Both the position numbers and the translations under genes were made by a program. A stretch of 64,000 bases of DNA from Shigella phage ESh19: sequence record ON528729, one strand, 5' to 3'. Under the pieces are notes generated by a model. It saw only the letters and a program-made list of their open reading frames with translations, did not search any database and was not told the origin of the DNA. Shown here in pieces: positions 7,196 to 16,182 of this stretch (its first letter is position 1; each line of letters opens with the position of its first letter).

Positions 7196-7721
7196 ATTTT
7201 ACCTTTTTAATGTTTGTTGCAAACTCACATTGAGCCAGCAGTTTCATGTTATTGTACACATCTTGAGAGTATTGTCTAGCCTTTGGAATCTTGTATTTGT
7301 AACCAGCATTATAAGAAGCTAGGACACGCTTCATAGAGTACTTTCCATCTGGGTTACCATGAACCTTAGTCCAGAATAATAGCTCCTTATGAGCCTCTTT
7401 CGCTGAGTAATGGAAGTCGCTTACTAGCTTCTTCTTAGCAACCTTTGGAGATACCTTGTTACGCTTTACAACAGTCTTCAAGTGATTTTGGAAAACACCA
7501 TAATCATGAGTCTTTTTATTTTCTAACATGACACCTAATTGTGACTCTTGTAAGGCTATAGCTGCTAAAGGGATTCCCCAACCTTTTCCCATCTGTCCTT
7601 CGCCATAGTCATATGCTTTTAACATATTAACTTTCTGGCTGATTGTAAGCTCTGGACAGTCAGACGCTGTAGCTAAATGTGCTGTAAAGAATAAGCACAA
7701 ACCTAAAACAAATTTCTTCAT
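7173..7721 (-). CDS. secreted lytic transglycosylase (SLT-domain), probable signal-peptide endolysin
   Basis: signal peptide MKKFVLGLCLFFTAHLATA; SLT motifs AIALQES and SYNAGY; start set to ATG 7721 with AGGAG SD. Confidence 0.6.
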   Translation of the reverse strand: MKKFVLGLCLFFTAHLATASDCPELTISQKVNMLKAYDYGEGQMGKGWGIPLAAIALQESQLGVMLENKKTHDYGVFQNHLKTVVKRNKVSPKVAKKKLVSDFHYSAKEAHKELLFWTKVHGNPDGKYSMKRVLASYNAGYKYKIPKARQYSQDVYNNMKLLAQCEFATNIKKVKYERIKTI

Positions 7722-7788
7722 TTGCACTCCTATTTTGTTAAACATGCAGACAATTATACACTAACCTGCACATTTTTCAAATAAAAAA

Positions 7789-7804
7789 GGCTGCCGAAGC
7801 AGCC
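7789..7804 (-). terminator. rho-independent terminator after rIIB (GGCUGC-UUCG-GCAGCC + U6)
   Basis: stem-loop followed by TTTTTT on minus strand. Confidence 0.6.
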
Positions 7805-7822
7805 CCTTTAGGAATTTACTTA

Positions 7823-8935
7823 TTAGACTTCACGTTTACGCTGAGAAATCAGTTCACCAGCAGTGCCTACAACTACGTGGAGTGCTTCTGAACCATCCCA
7901 CTCTTTGATGATTTCACGGCGACTATTTACAATCGCTGCAACTTCATAACGGGAAGCTCGCATTTTCATGTCGTTGTAGTCAGTTGGTACTGAAACAACA
8001 TCACGAGGATGAACACGAACTTTCAGGATAGTGTCACCAGAGAAGCTAGTTACATAATCCCAAGCACCAACGTGCAGACCCTGAGAGCAGGTTACATGGC
8101 GGTTATTATCAACCATCCAACGTGGCATCTCTACAATGTTACCCAAATCATTTGGAACTTTGCAGGTACGAGAGTCAAACAGTTTACCACCACGAGTTGT
8201 GACTTTCTTCCAACCGATGATATAACCTTCTTCATCAATTTCAACATCGAGGTGTGATACGAAGCCCCAAAGTTGTTCTACAGAATCTTTTGATGGGTTT
8301 TCCATCAGTTTTTCGAAGAATGCAATCAGTCGAACAAAACCATTATCACCTTTCTTCATCATATCCAGAATACGGTCTACCAGAGTTGAGCGCATCTGAA
8401 CAGCACCGTAATACAGGTTGTCGCCTTTGATGGTTACAGCACCCTGAGTGAAGTTCTCAATAGACTTGCGAATGTTCATCAGTTCAAAAGCTTTCTTGTA
8501 CTCACCTGAAACAACAGCCATTACAATATCAGTGTAGTTAGGGTGAGTTGACTCAACAATCTCAGACTCTGCACCGAAAGTCATGATAACAGAATCACCA
8601 GTAATCATGTACTCAATCTGGCTGTTATTCTGCATTGCTTCATGCAGAGCATTTACAGGTTCTGCTTTGACTGCTTCTTTAACAGCTTTTGCAACAGGCT
8701 TCTGCTTAGATACTTTCTTGGTCGCTTTAGCTTTCTTTGCAATATCTTTCAGAGTCTTTGCAGGTTTTGCTTTGGTTTTCCCTGACAGCAGCGTTGCTTC
8801 ATGACGCTCTACAGCACGACCTACCGAACGGGTTGAAGTGTTATACTTCAGAGCGATTGCAGTTTTGGTCAGTTTACCTTCTTTAACCAGTGCATAGATT
8901 TCTGCGTCGATTTGTGCTTTAGTCTTAGTAGTCAT
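7823..8935 (-). CDS. rIIB: rIIB protein
   Basis: C-terminal block CSQGLHVGAWDY..KVRVHPRDVVSVPTDYNDMKMR and central LVDRILDMMKKGDNGF match remembered T4 rIIB; directly downstream of rIIA. Confidence 0.8.
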   Translation of the reverse strand: MTTKTKAQIDAEIYALVKEGKLTKTAIALKYNTSTRSVGRAVERHEATLLSGKTKAKPAKTLKDIAKKAKATKKVSKQKPVAKAVKEAVKAEPVNALHEAMQNNSQIEYMITGDSVIMTFGAESEIVESTHPNYTDIVMAVVSGEYKKAFELMNIRKSIENFTQGAVTIKGDNLYYGAVQMRSTLVDRILDMMKKGDNGFVRLIAFFEKLMENPSKDSVEQLWGFVSHLDVEIDEEGYIIGWKKVTTRGGKLFDSRTCKVPNDLGNIVEMPRWMVDNNRHVTCSQGLHVGAWDYVTSFSGDTILKVRVHPRDVVSVPTDYNDMKMRASRYEVAAIVNSRREIIKEWDGSEALHVVVGTAGELISQRKREV

Positions 8936-8985
8936 TTCAATATCTCTCTTTGTTGTTTAAAATTACTTAGTGGTTCGTATTCTAA

Positions 8986-9001
8986 GGGGCTTTTCAGCCC
9001 C
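8986..9001 (-). other. GNRA-tetraloop hairpin (GGGGCU-GAAA-AGCCCC on minus transcript) between rIIA and rIIB
   Basis: identical 16-mer recurs at 13847-13862; no U-run follows. Confidence 0.5.
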
Positions 9002-9014
9002 TGTCAAACTATTT

Positions 9015-11387
9015 TTATTCCCAACAGTTGGTATCTTCTGGGATGCTCTTAGTGTCAAAACCTAAAAACTTACCAACTTCGACGGGTGATACTTTATTCC
9101 AATCCAGATTAGAAAGCAAGAAGTTTTCTTTACGGCGTTTCTCAAAGTAATCTTTGAACTTGCTTTCAAGACGCTTCTTAGCATTATCCAGTACCTTTCT
9201 TGGCTTACAAGAACCTCTCATATTCCTGCGAATGGTATCAAGAGTGCTGGTGATATCTTTGTAAGCAACTGGTGCAGCAGTGTATGCCAAGCGTCCAAAC
9301 ATTGCTTCTATAGCCTCTTCATTCCCCTCTAAGAAGATAGTCTTCTTAAAGTCTTTACTGTACATGTGGCCTCTGGACTTACGTTTATCAGCAAACATAA
9401 AGTTTCGAGAAATCACATTACAATCAGTGATATCATGATTATTTGTCATGTACTGATATGTCAAGTAACGATGATACTCAATCCAATGAGTGTTATCAAT
9501 AAAATCTTTCAATACTTGTTCATTGACTTCTGTCCAATCTTCAGGAATCTTTTTCCAGTTGGCTTTACGGAAGACATAAACTGACTGTCCAGTTAACTCT
9601 GTCATCAACGTTGCAGCACGTTCTGGTGAACATGAGAAGATTCCACCAATCACTTCATCACTCTGTGCTTTGATATACAGTTGTGGTTCTTCAATCTCGT
9701 CAAAGTTCTCTTTAACCTCTGTATAGCGAATCATGTCGGTATTTGGACATATAAATGCTTTATACAGTTTTACAACACCACGTACAATAGTACGTTTTTC
9801 ATAGTGGTGTTCTTTAGATGACATTGTATGCACACTTAACAGACTTTTGTCAAGCATATGTAAATCTACAAACTCATCAAATTGCTGCTGACTGCTGAAC
9901 AAGAAAGCAATACCATTGTAGCGACGGAAGTTAGAGTCTTCCTGTTCACGGTCACGGCAAGCCCCACGGATAATCTGGTTTTTACCAGTTGTCTTTTCAG
10001 ACCCGTTCTTGTTTCGACGGTCATTGATAAGGAACAAGTAGTTGCTCAACTTATCTTTACTCATCGCTCCAAAGATACTAAACATTGCTGCATCTTGTGA
10101 ATAAGTCGCTGAAGTTGCCCGAATACGGTTCTCCAGACTGCTGTACTTGTAGTATGCTACAGGTTCATACAGATTACCAATATTAGGAACTGGATTACCA
10201 TCTTTATCAAGCCTCAAGTTACCCGCATCATCTTTCAAGAATGACGGAGAACCATCTGCTTCAGTTAACTGACCACGACGAATACCTAACAGTTTTTGTT
10301 CAAGCTTTTTCAAGTTCTGGCCTTGCCATTCCAGAGAATCTTGAACGTGATTAAAGATTTCACGAGCCTCTTTCCTCATGGTATCGTAAGCCTGTGCAGC
10401 ATCAATCAGAGTTGGCTTGTTAGCAATCTCTTTTACCACATCTTCTACGATTGTCTTAGTGATTTTCTTCACAGCTTCAACAATCTTAGTTTTGGTAGTC
10501 TCATTCATCTGCAATGCTTCACGAGATGCAGCAATAGCTACTGAACCAATTGGCATGTAGATGTTAACAAGGTCTACAGCACTACGGAAGAACTGAGGCA
10601 GAATGCTTGTAAACTCTGAACCAAGCAACTCACCCATTTCAACCGGATAAGCAATGTTACCCATGATTACATTGAAATGGACGCTGTTACTATTTGAGCG
10701 CCAGTTCTCTTTGTACTTCATTGCATCATAGACACCATCTTCACGAGAAATGGAAGTCATTGCTTCAAGAATGTCATAGTACTCAACATTACACTCTGGC
10801 TTAACTTTAAAGTACGAGTATACATTGCTCGCTTCTTCATGAAACTTGTTAATACGGTTATCAGATACCGCTACTCGAACAGCTAAACCATTTGGCTCTG
10901 TAGTTGGGTTAGTAGTCAACTTAGTTACTTGAGGGATACCATTCTCAAGGTAAACTGAGTATTTGTTAACTACACCATCAACATAGCTCGATACAGTGAA
11001 TGACTGAGCAATTGCAAATGGTGACTTTGAACCGATACCCATAGCACCAATGTAGTCATTTGAATCGTTCTTTGTGGATTCTCCATAGGTCATGTAAAGT
11101 TTCATAACTTTTTCATGAGTCAGCCCTGTACCAAAGTCACGAACTTCAAAGAATGGTTCAAAACGAGTTGGTAAGTGAACCAAGAAAGGTTTATCAACAT
11201 TACCAGAATCAATGTGAGCATCTACTGCGTTACATGATAACTCACGAATTACAGCACGTTCTTTATATGTGTAAACACCTGAGCTTAGAAGACTGAACAT
11301 TTCAGGTGTCATCTTAATTTGAGCCTGAGAGGTTTCCAGTGTACTTGAGCTTTTAATTACCGTTGCGTGGTCATTTACCATGCGCAT
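9015..11387 (-). CDS. rIIA: rIIA protein (GHKL ATPase-like N-terminal domain)
   Basis: N-terminal RAVIRELSCNAVDAH and DYIGAMGIGSKSPF blocks match remembered T4 rIIA / HATPase N-box and G-boxes. Confidence 0.85.
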   Translation of the reverse strand: MRMVNDHATVIKSSSTLETSQAQIKMTPEMFSLLSSGVYTYKERAVIRELSCNAVDAHIDSGNVDKPFLVHLPTRFEPFFEVRDFGTGLTHEKVMKLYMTYGESTKNDSNDYIGAMGIGSKSPFAIAQSFTVSSYVDGVVNKYSVYLENGIPQVTKLTTNPTTEPNGLAVRVAVSDNRINKFHEEASNVYSYFKVKPECNVEYYDILEAMTSISREDGVYDAMKYKENWRSNSNSVHFNVIMGNIAYPVEMGELLGSEFTSILPQFFRSAVDLVNIYMPIGSVAIAASREALQMNETTKTKIVEAVKKITKTIVEDVVKEIANKPTLIDAAQAYDTMRKEAREIFNHVQDSLEWQGQNLKKLEQKLLGIRRGQLTEADGSPSFLKDDAGNLRLDKDGNPVPNIGNLYEPVAYYKYSSLENRIRATSATYSQDAAMFSIFGAMSKDKLSNYLFLINDRRNKNGSEKTTGKNQIIRGACRDREQEDSNFRRYNGIAFLFSSQQQFDEFVDLHMLDKSLLSVHTMSSKEHHYEKRTIVRGVVKLYKAFICPNTDMIRYTEVKENFDEIEEPQLYIKAQSDEVIGGIFSCSPERAATLMTELTGQSVYVFRKANWKKIPEDWTEVNEQVLKDFIDNTHWIEYHRYLTYQYMTNNHDITDCNVISRNFMFADKRKSRGHMYSKDFKKTIFLEGNEEAIEAMFGRLAYTAAPVAYKDITSTLDTIRRNMRGSCKPRKVLDNAKKRLESKFKDYFEKRRKENFLLSNLDWNKVSPVEVGKFLGFDTKSIPEDTNCWE

Positions 11388-11420
11388 AAGAATATCTCCT
11401 TAGTTGTCGATGTGGCAAAC

Positions 11421-11449
11421 TATATAATTTTATAGATGCCACTGTCAAG
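11421..11449 (-). promoter_or_regulatory. candidate sigma70-type promoter upstream of rIIA overlapping an inverted repeat
   Basis: minus strand TTGACA-N17-TATATA; GTGGCA/TGCCAC inverted repeat (11412-11441) spans spacer and -10. Confidence 0.4.
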
Positions 11450-11629
11450 TTACTTTTTAAATTTCTTTCCAGTTCCATTGCAGTAAGGGCAACAATGTCC
11501 TATACCAACTAACCCAGAACCCTCACACCCATCACAAGGTTCAGTCTCTGAGAAGTACTTGCATAGTAACACTGCAATAGCAACAATACAACCGAGTGAA
11601 AGAACAATTTCTAACCAATAACCTTGCAT
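11450..11629 (-). CDS. small membrane-anchored protein with DnaJ-type zinc-finger repeats (59 aa; below ORF-track cutoff)
   Basis: hand-translated MQGYWLEIVLSLGCIVAIAVLLCKYFSETEPCDGCEGSGLVGIGHCCPYCNGTGKKFKK; two CxxCxGxG repeats; SD GGAGA 6 nt upstream. Confidence 0.35.
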   Translation of the reverse strand: MQGYWLEIVLSLGCIVAIAVLLCKYFSETEPCDGCEGSGLVGIGHCCPYCNGTGKKFKK

Positions 11630-11958
11630 ACCTTGTCTCCTATAGTTCTGAATAGGACAAAACTCCTGTCATGGACAATACTCGAAGATACTGCAAAACT
11701 ATTCTCAAGTATCTTTTTGTTTGGATTGTAAAATTCTTCTTGAAACAAATCAAGAGCTTCTTGATGGTTCTGTGGAAGACCTTTGATATAAACCTTCAAA
11801 GTAACCGTTGTATAAATCTCAGAAGCTAACTCTGATTGTGCTGCTTGAAACAGTTCATTGATAAACTTATGACCATCTTCATGTCGCTTGATGTTTTCCC
11901 AACGTTCTTCAATGATTAAATTAACATTCATCTGTTTAATTTTCATAGTAATCTCCAC
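11611..11958 (-). CDS. hypothetical protein (115 aa)
   Basis: ORF after terminator, SD present. Confidence 0.5.
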   Translation of the reverse strand: MEITMKIKQMNVNLIIEERWENIKRHEDGHKFINELFQAAQSELASEIYTTVTLKVYIKGLPQNHQEALDLFQEEFYNPNKKILENSFAVSSSIVHDRSFVLFRTIGDKVCKVIG

Positions 11959-11968
11959 AAATTAAAAA

Positions 11969-11984
11969 GGCTCCTACGGGAGCC
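11969..11984 (-). terminator. rho-independent terminator after Nampt gene (GGCUCC-CGUA-GGAGCC + U-run)
   Basis: stem-loop followed by TTTTTAATTT on minus strand. Confidence 0.6.
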
Positions 11985-11999
11985 TCTTATCATACTGTT

Positions 12000-13826
12000 T
12001 TAAAGTTGCTTGTCAATAGTATTTCGAACATCACGCAGGTTAACGTAACCATAAGGTTGCGAGTTACTAAATACCAGTTTCAAAGCACTATGACAATTGT
12101 CAATTGCACCTTCAAACTCTGCAAAGCCAAAACCATCTACAGCTACTAGCTTGTCACCATCCCACATAGGGACGACTCCACCAAAAGCAGACTTCTTAAG
12201 ACCACTGTCAGTTTTAGGGTCTTTAGCCAGCATAATTTCTTGACCATCCATCTGTGCAAGAGTTGCTTTAACAGCAAATGCAAATGTGTCACGAGTCAGG
12301 TACTGATAGGTGTATGAGCCTACACCAAACACTACGTTAGAACTTGCAAAACCTTTATCAGCAAGACGTGACAGAATCTCATTAGCCCTTTCCAGAGTGA
12401 TAGAATCACCGTAGATTAGTCCAATGTGCTCATCCAGTACTTTGTACCCTTTGGAGTTAACAGTGCCACCAAAGATGTTATACAGCGTGTGGATAGCTCC
12501 ATCAATTTCTGCTGTTAACATACGCTTCACAGTAAACTGTCCAGTTTTCTGAGCGGTAATCAGGTTGATTGTATCAATATAATCAAAATCTTCATTTTCA
12601 GCAACCATCTCATATCCTTCAGAGATTAACCAAGCAGAGAACCCAAAACCAATATCAGACATTTCACAATTCAAGATTGTGTCATGCAGATGGGTATTAT
12701 CTGGTGCAAGACCTTTCATGTGCTTGTAGAACATTGACTTAGCAGTTTCCCATTCAACGGCTTTGTAACCTGTAACAATGTGAACAGGGTCTCCAGAGTC
12801 TGGACGAATTACCAACTTACCATCACGATTCAGAATTACATTACGTAGCTCTGGCAGAATCTCTGTAACAGTACGCCAGAAGTTGTAAGTATCTGAAACA
12901 ACACTTGCAATACCAGTTGGATATACGTCTACCAGTAAATGCTCAAAGGTTTTAACCTCACCACGCCAACGTTTTGCATCCAGCAAGCTATCAGACCGCA
13001 TGATGTACTGTGAATGAATATCTTCCTCTGACAAGTCTTTCATATTCCATGAAATGTTTGCGCACATCACAGAGTGTTCAGTAGCTGGTACAGAGTTGCC
13101 GATATCACTTACTTCCATAAACTGACCATAAGAACGTTTAGCAGTGTAGACAGCAGGGAAGCTGTCAGTACCTTTAAAGCTTGTCAGGTGTCCTACTGCG
13201 TTAAACGCATCATCTGTGAAGCCAGACATGCCACGCATTGCAAAGTCATGACACTGCCAAGGTAAATGGGAGTCGTTGTCACAGGTTAAATCAGCCCATT
13301 GCTTACAAATACGTTTGTAATGCAGTGCAATAGTTGCAATCGTACAAGCTTTCCAGATTTCAGCAGAGAAAGCATCTTCAAGGTAACCAGCTACCCAATG
13401 GAATCCCTCTACAGTATTTTTGAAGACAATCATCGGGACACGCATAGGGACAATTGTACCTTCCTCTACAGAGTAGACTTCAACAGGTAGGTAACCCAAG
13501 TCATGAAGTTCTTCCCAATGTTGACGACCAATAGTATCTGCACCAAGGACACCATTCATGATTTCCAAGATTTCGTCAATGGCTTCTTTCTTATCACGTT
13601 CAAAGAACGTTGCATTCCAGTGGTCTACCAGATAGTCTTTTACAAAACGCTGAATACCAAAAGCTACAACACCATCAATCTCTAACGGAGAGTTAAACCA
13701 TTTATCTCCACGAGGTGTTAAGTTCAACATAAGATACTGTGTAGCATCTGGATACTGATAGATATGACCCGCTTTATAAGCATCTGCATTAAGACCTGCT
13801 GGTACTGCATAGATTGATTTAGTCAT
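12000..13826 (-). CDS. nadV: nicotinamide phosphoribosyltransferase-family enzyme (Nampt/NadV-like; possibly nicotinamide ADP-ribose transferase)
   Basis: blocks YKAGHIYQYP, HDFAMRG..SFKGTDS, PATEHS, VVSDTYNFW, IRPDSGDP, GVGSYTYQYLTRDT align with eukaryotic/bacterial Nampt; 608 aa, longer than canonical ~490 aa. Confidence 0.8.
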   Translation of the reverse strand: MTKSIYAVPAGLNADAYKAGHIYQYPDATQYLMLNLTPRGDKWFNSPLEIDGVVAFGIQRFVKDYLVDHWNATFFERDKKEAIDEILEIMNGVLGADTIGRQHWEELHDLGYLPVEVYSVEEGTIVPMRVPMIVFKNTVEGFHWVAGYLEDAFSAEIWKACTIATIALHYKRICKQWADLTCDNDSHLPWQCHDFAMRGMSGFTDDAFNAVGHLTSFKGTDSFPAVYTAKRSYGQFMEVSDIGNSVPATEHSVMCANISWNMKDLSEEDIHSQYIMRSDSLLDAKRWRGEVKTFEHLLVDVYPTGIASVVSDTYNFWRTVTEILPELRNVILNRDGKLVIRPDSGDPVHIVTGYKAVEWETAKSMFYKHMKGLAPDNTHLHDTILNCEMSDIGFGFSAWLISEGYEMVAENEDFDYIDTINLITAQKTGQFTVKRMLTAEIDGAIHTLYNIFGGTVNSKGYKVLDEHIGLIYGDSITLERANEILSRLADKGFASSNVVFGVGSYTYQYLTRDTFAFAVKATLAQMDGQEIMLAKDPKTDSGLKKSAFGGVVPMWDGDKLVAVDGFGFAEFEGAIDNCHSALKLVFSNSQPYGYVNLRDVRNTIDKQL

Positions 13827-13846
13827 CTTTTTATCTCTCTCAAAGT

Positions 13847-13862
13847 GGGGCTTTTCAGCCCC
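13847..13862 (-). other. GNRA-tetraloop hairpin between Prs-like and Nampt-like genes (identical to 8986-9001)
   Basis: GGGGCTTTTCAGCCCC exact repeat. Confidence 0.5.
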
Positions 13863-13870
13863 TAAAGTTT

Positions 13871-14770
13871 TTATTCAATATTTGCTACGGTCACTTGTGA
13901 GAAGTGGGAAAGACCACGGTCTTTTTCATCCCCTAGTGAGTTTGTAGTGTAGATATGGTCGATACCATTGTCAAGGAGATTTTCAACACCTTTAGAGAAA
14001 ATCCCATGAGTGACATACAGTTCTACACGTTCTGCTCCAGCTTCACGAAGATACTTTGCAGCCTCGATAAATGTTCGACCACCGTCACAGATATCATCCA
14101 GAATCATGACGGTCTTACCTGTCAAGTCTACATCATCAAGGATTCGCATACCAGTGATTTCACCAGTTTTCAGGTTTCGTACCTTAGCCATTGTAATGTA
14201 AGGTTTCTCAACCTCTTTAGCAGCCTCTTCAGTCTTCTTAGCTGCACCTGCATCTGGAGCCACTAAGTAATCAATGCGTGGGTCACTTGCAAAGTGGACT
14301 GCTGCCTCTTTTTGAGGGAGGTTGTAGAAGCTCTTAAACAAATTCTCTGCAACATTACTGTGAGTATCCAGAGCACATACTGCATCGAACTCCATAGCAT
14401 TTACAAGATTTGCAAAGACTTTAAGTGCTGCTGCATCACCTTTAAACATGTGACGGTCATAGCGAGCATTTGGTAAGAATCCAAAGACAACAGTTTTCAG
14501 GGTTGCTTTCTGAGGAATCAAACGGTCAATTGCTTCTTTAGCCATAGCCAATGCAAAGAGTGTGTCTTTGTCATAACCTTGTACAGTGAATATTACGTTT
14601 TCAATCTTACCAGCAGCATGTTCAGCAAAGTCTACTAAGTCTTCTGAGAAATTACCACCAATCTCCCCAGAAGGGAACTGGATAATGTTGAAGGTCTCTT
14701 GGTGAGTACCTTTGGAATTTGAATTAATCAGGACTCGAATAGTAGTTTTCATAATATCTCTCTCAGTCAA
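13871..14770 (-). CDS. ribose-phosphate pyrophosphokinase-family enzyme (Prs-like; possibly ADP-ribose pyrophosphokinase)
   Basis: PNARYDRH and VMILDDICDGGRTF resemble Prs divalent-cation and PRPP-binding loops; adjacent to Nampt-like gene. Confidence 0.75.
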   Translation of the reverse strand: MTERDIMKTTIRVLINSNSKGTHQETFNIIQFPSGEIGGNFSEDLVDFAEHAAGKIENVIFTVQGYDKDTLFALAMAKEAIDRLIPQKATLKTVVFGFLPNARYDRHMFKGDAAALKVFANLVNAMEFDAVCALDTHSNVAENLFKSFYNLPQKEAAVHFASDPRIDYLVAPDAGAAKKTEEAAKEVEKPYITMAKVRNLKTGEITGMRILDDVDLTGKTVMILDDICDGGRTFIEAAKYLREAGAERVELYVTHGIFSKGVENLLDNGIDHIYTTNSLGDEKDRGLSHFSQVTVANIE

Positions 14771-15041
14771 AAGTTACAAACGTTACAGCCATAGCTGATT
14801 TACATTTCTTTGGGTCTACAATGTGGTAGATAACTGAACAGTTTCCTGTTCCGTCTGGTACTGGTTTTGTCCAAGTACGTTCAATATTTGGTTCTCCAAA
14901 TTCTTTATAGAATCCGTTGGAGTAGTGGTCTATCATCTCAATAGCGAGTGCATCTGGGACGTGACCACGTATCATATACATCTCACTACCATTTCCAGCT
15001 TCGCTAATAAGCTCTTTGATATCCCATTGTTCTCTAGCCAT
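14763..15041 (-). CDS. hypothetical protein (92 aa from ATG 15041)
   Basis: track start is TTG; ATG 15041 has GAGG SD. Confidence 0.4.
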   Translation of the reverse strand: MAREQWDIKELISEAGNGSEMYMIRGHVPDALAIEMIDHYSNGFYKEFGEPNIERTWTKPVPDGTGNCSVIYHIVDPKKCKSAMAVTFVTFD

Positions 15042-15549
15042 GATAAGTTGCCTCATAAACTGTCTCAAGCTTCAACAAGAGTGATATTGCCAGAACTGCA
15101 TATTCCCTGTCAAGCATTGGTGGCATATTATTTTTAAGATATGCTTTCTGTTCTTCCCAAGTCATCTTAGGGGCTTCTGGAAGCTTCTCTCCCTGCTTCT
15201 GGTTATCTTCTTGAGTCTGGATAAACCAGTTAGAGCAATGGTGCTCTCCACCTTTTGTCACGGGCTTATGGTGACCTAACGTGAAAGCTTTCTTTCCAGA
15301 ATATCTACAAAGTTTATTAAGGGTTGCAATGGTGTTCTTGACAACACAATATTCATATAGGTTATCAATAGTGTAGTGAGGGTAATACTGGAACAAGGCA
15401 CTGTCACGGAACTTACCACGGTTCCAAAGCACCATGTGATTAGAATTTGAAGGGTCATACTGATGTGACTCGATGAACTCTTGACGCTCATCAAAATCAA
15501 GACGAAGAACAGACATTGCAGCAGCACGTTTCAGATTTGAATGGTACAT
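15034..15549 (-). CDS. HNH endonuclease-like protein
   Basis: LGHHKPVTKGGEHHCSNW fits HNH core (His-His ... Asn with flanking Cys). Confidence 0.45.
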   Translation of the reverse strand: MYHSNLKRAAAMSVLRLDFDERQEFIESHQYDPSNSNHMVLWNRGKFRDSALFQYYPHYTIDNLYEYCVVKNTIATLNKLCRYSGKKAFTLGHHKPVTKGGEHHCSNWFIQTQEDNQKQGEKLPEAPKMTWEEQKAYLKNNMPPMLDREYAVLAISLLLKLETVYEATYHG

Positions 15550-15568
15550 GATTTCTCCAAAATAAAAA

Positions 15569-15588
15569 GGGAACCTTTTACAGTTCCC
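15569..15588 (-). terminator. rho-independent terminator (GGGAAC-UGUAAAAG-GUUCCC + U-run)
   Basis: stem-loop followed by TTTTTATTTT on minus strand. Confidence 0.55.
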
Positions 15589-15601
15589 TAATCATATACG
15601 T

Positions 15602-15913
15602 TTACTGAGCTATTTTCAAGACTTTTAAGAAACCTTCCTCACCAATTGCATCATAAACGTTTTCAGTTGGCTTGATAAGGTTGTTCAAGCATACAATTTT
15701 CTTACGCTTCTTGTCATAAGTAAGCTTCAGTTGTTTCAACTCTTTGTCATCTTCAGGGTGCTCGTTGTACATCTTCACAGCTTCTTTAAAGCTAATGTAG
15801 CCACCACCTAAAGTAAGGAAACCCGTACCACAATAGTGGGAGTTGTGTTTATCAGCCATAAACTGGCACAGGATAGAAATCTGAATTTTACGAGTGTTAT
15901 AAATCTTTTCCAT
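15602..15913 (-). CDS. hypothetical protein (103 aa)
   Basis: ORF. Confidence 0.45.
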   Translation of the reverse strand: MEKIYNTRKIQISILCQFMADKHNSHYCGTGFLTLGGGYISFKEAVKMYNEHPEDDKELKQLKLTYDKKRKKIVCLNNLIKPTENVYDAIGEEGFLKVLKIAQ

Positions 15914-15924
15914 TTTAGTAATCC

Positions 15925-16182
15925 TTACTTGCTACGTTTACGGTTGCGAGCTTTTTTAGCTGCACGTTTAATTGCTGCTGCACCAGTTTGGCGATGAGCT
16001 TGCTTCTTACCACCTTTACCACGTCCAACATGGATGTAAGGTTGCTGTTCAATCTGGCTTGCAAGAACCTGTGCAACTGCTGAAGCATCTACTCCAACCT
16101 GCTTACCAGTCATTGAAACGATAGCTGCTGCTTTTGCCAGAGCCGCTAAGAAACCTGCTTTCATGTTTGAAAAAATACCCAT
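15925..16182 (-). CDS. hypothetical Ala-rich protein with basic C-terminus (85 aa)
   Basis: ORF; C-terminal KRAAKKARNRKRSK. Confidence 0.45.
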   Translation of the reverse strand: MGIFSNMKAGFLAALAKAAAIVSMTGKQVGVDASAVAQVLASQIEQQPYIHVGRGKGGKKQAHRQTGAAAIKRAAKKARNRKRSK

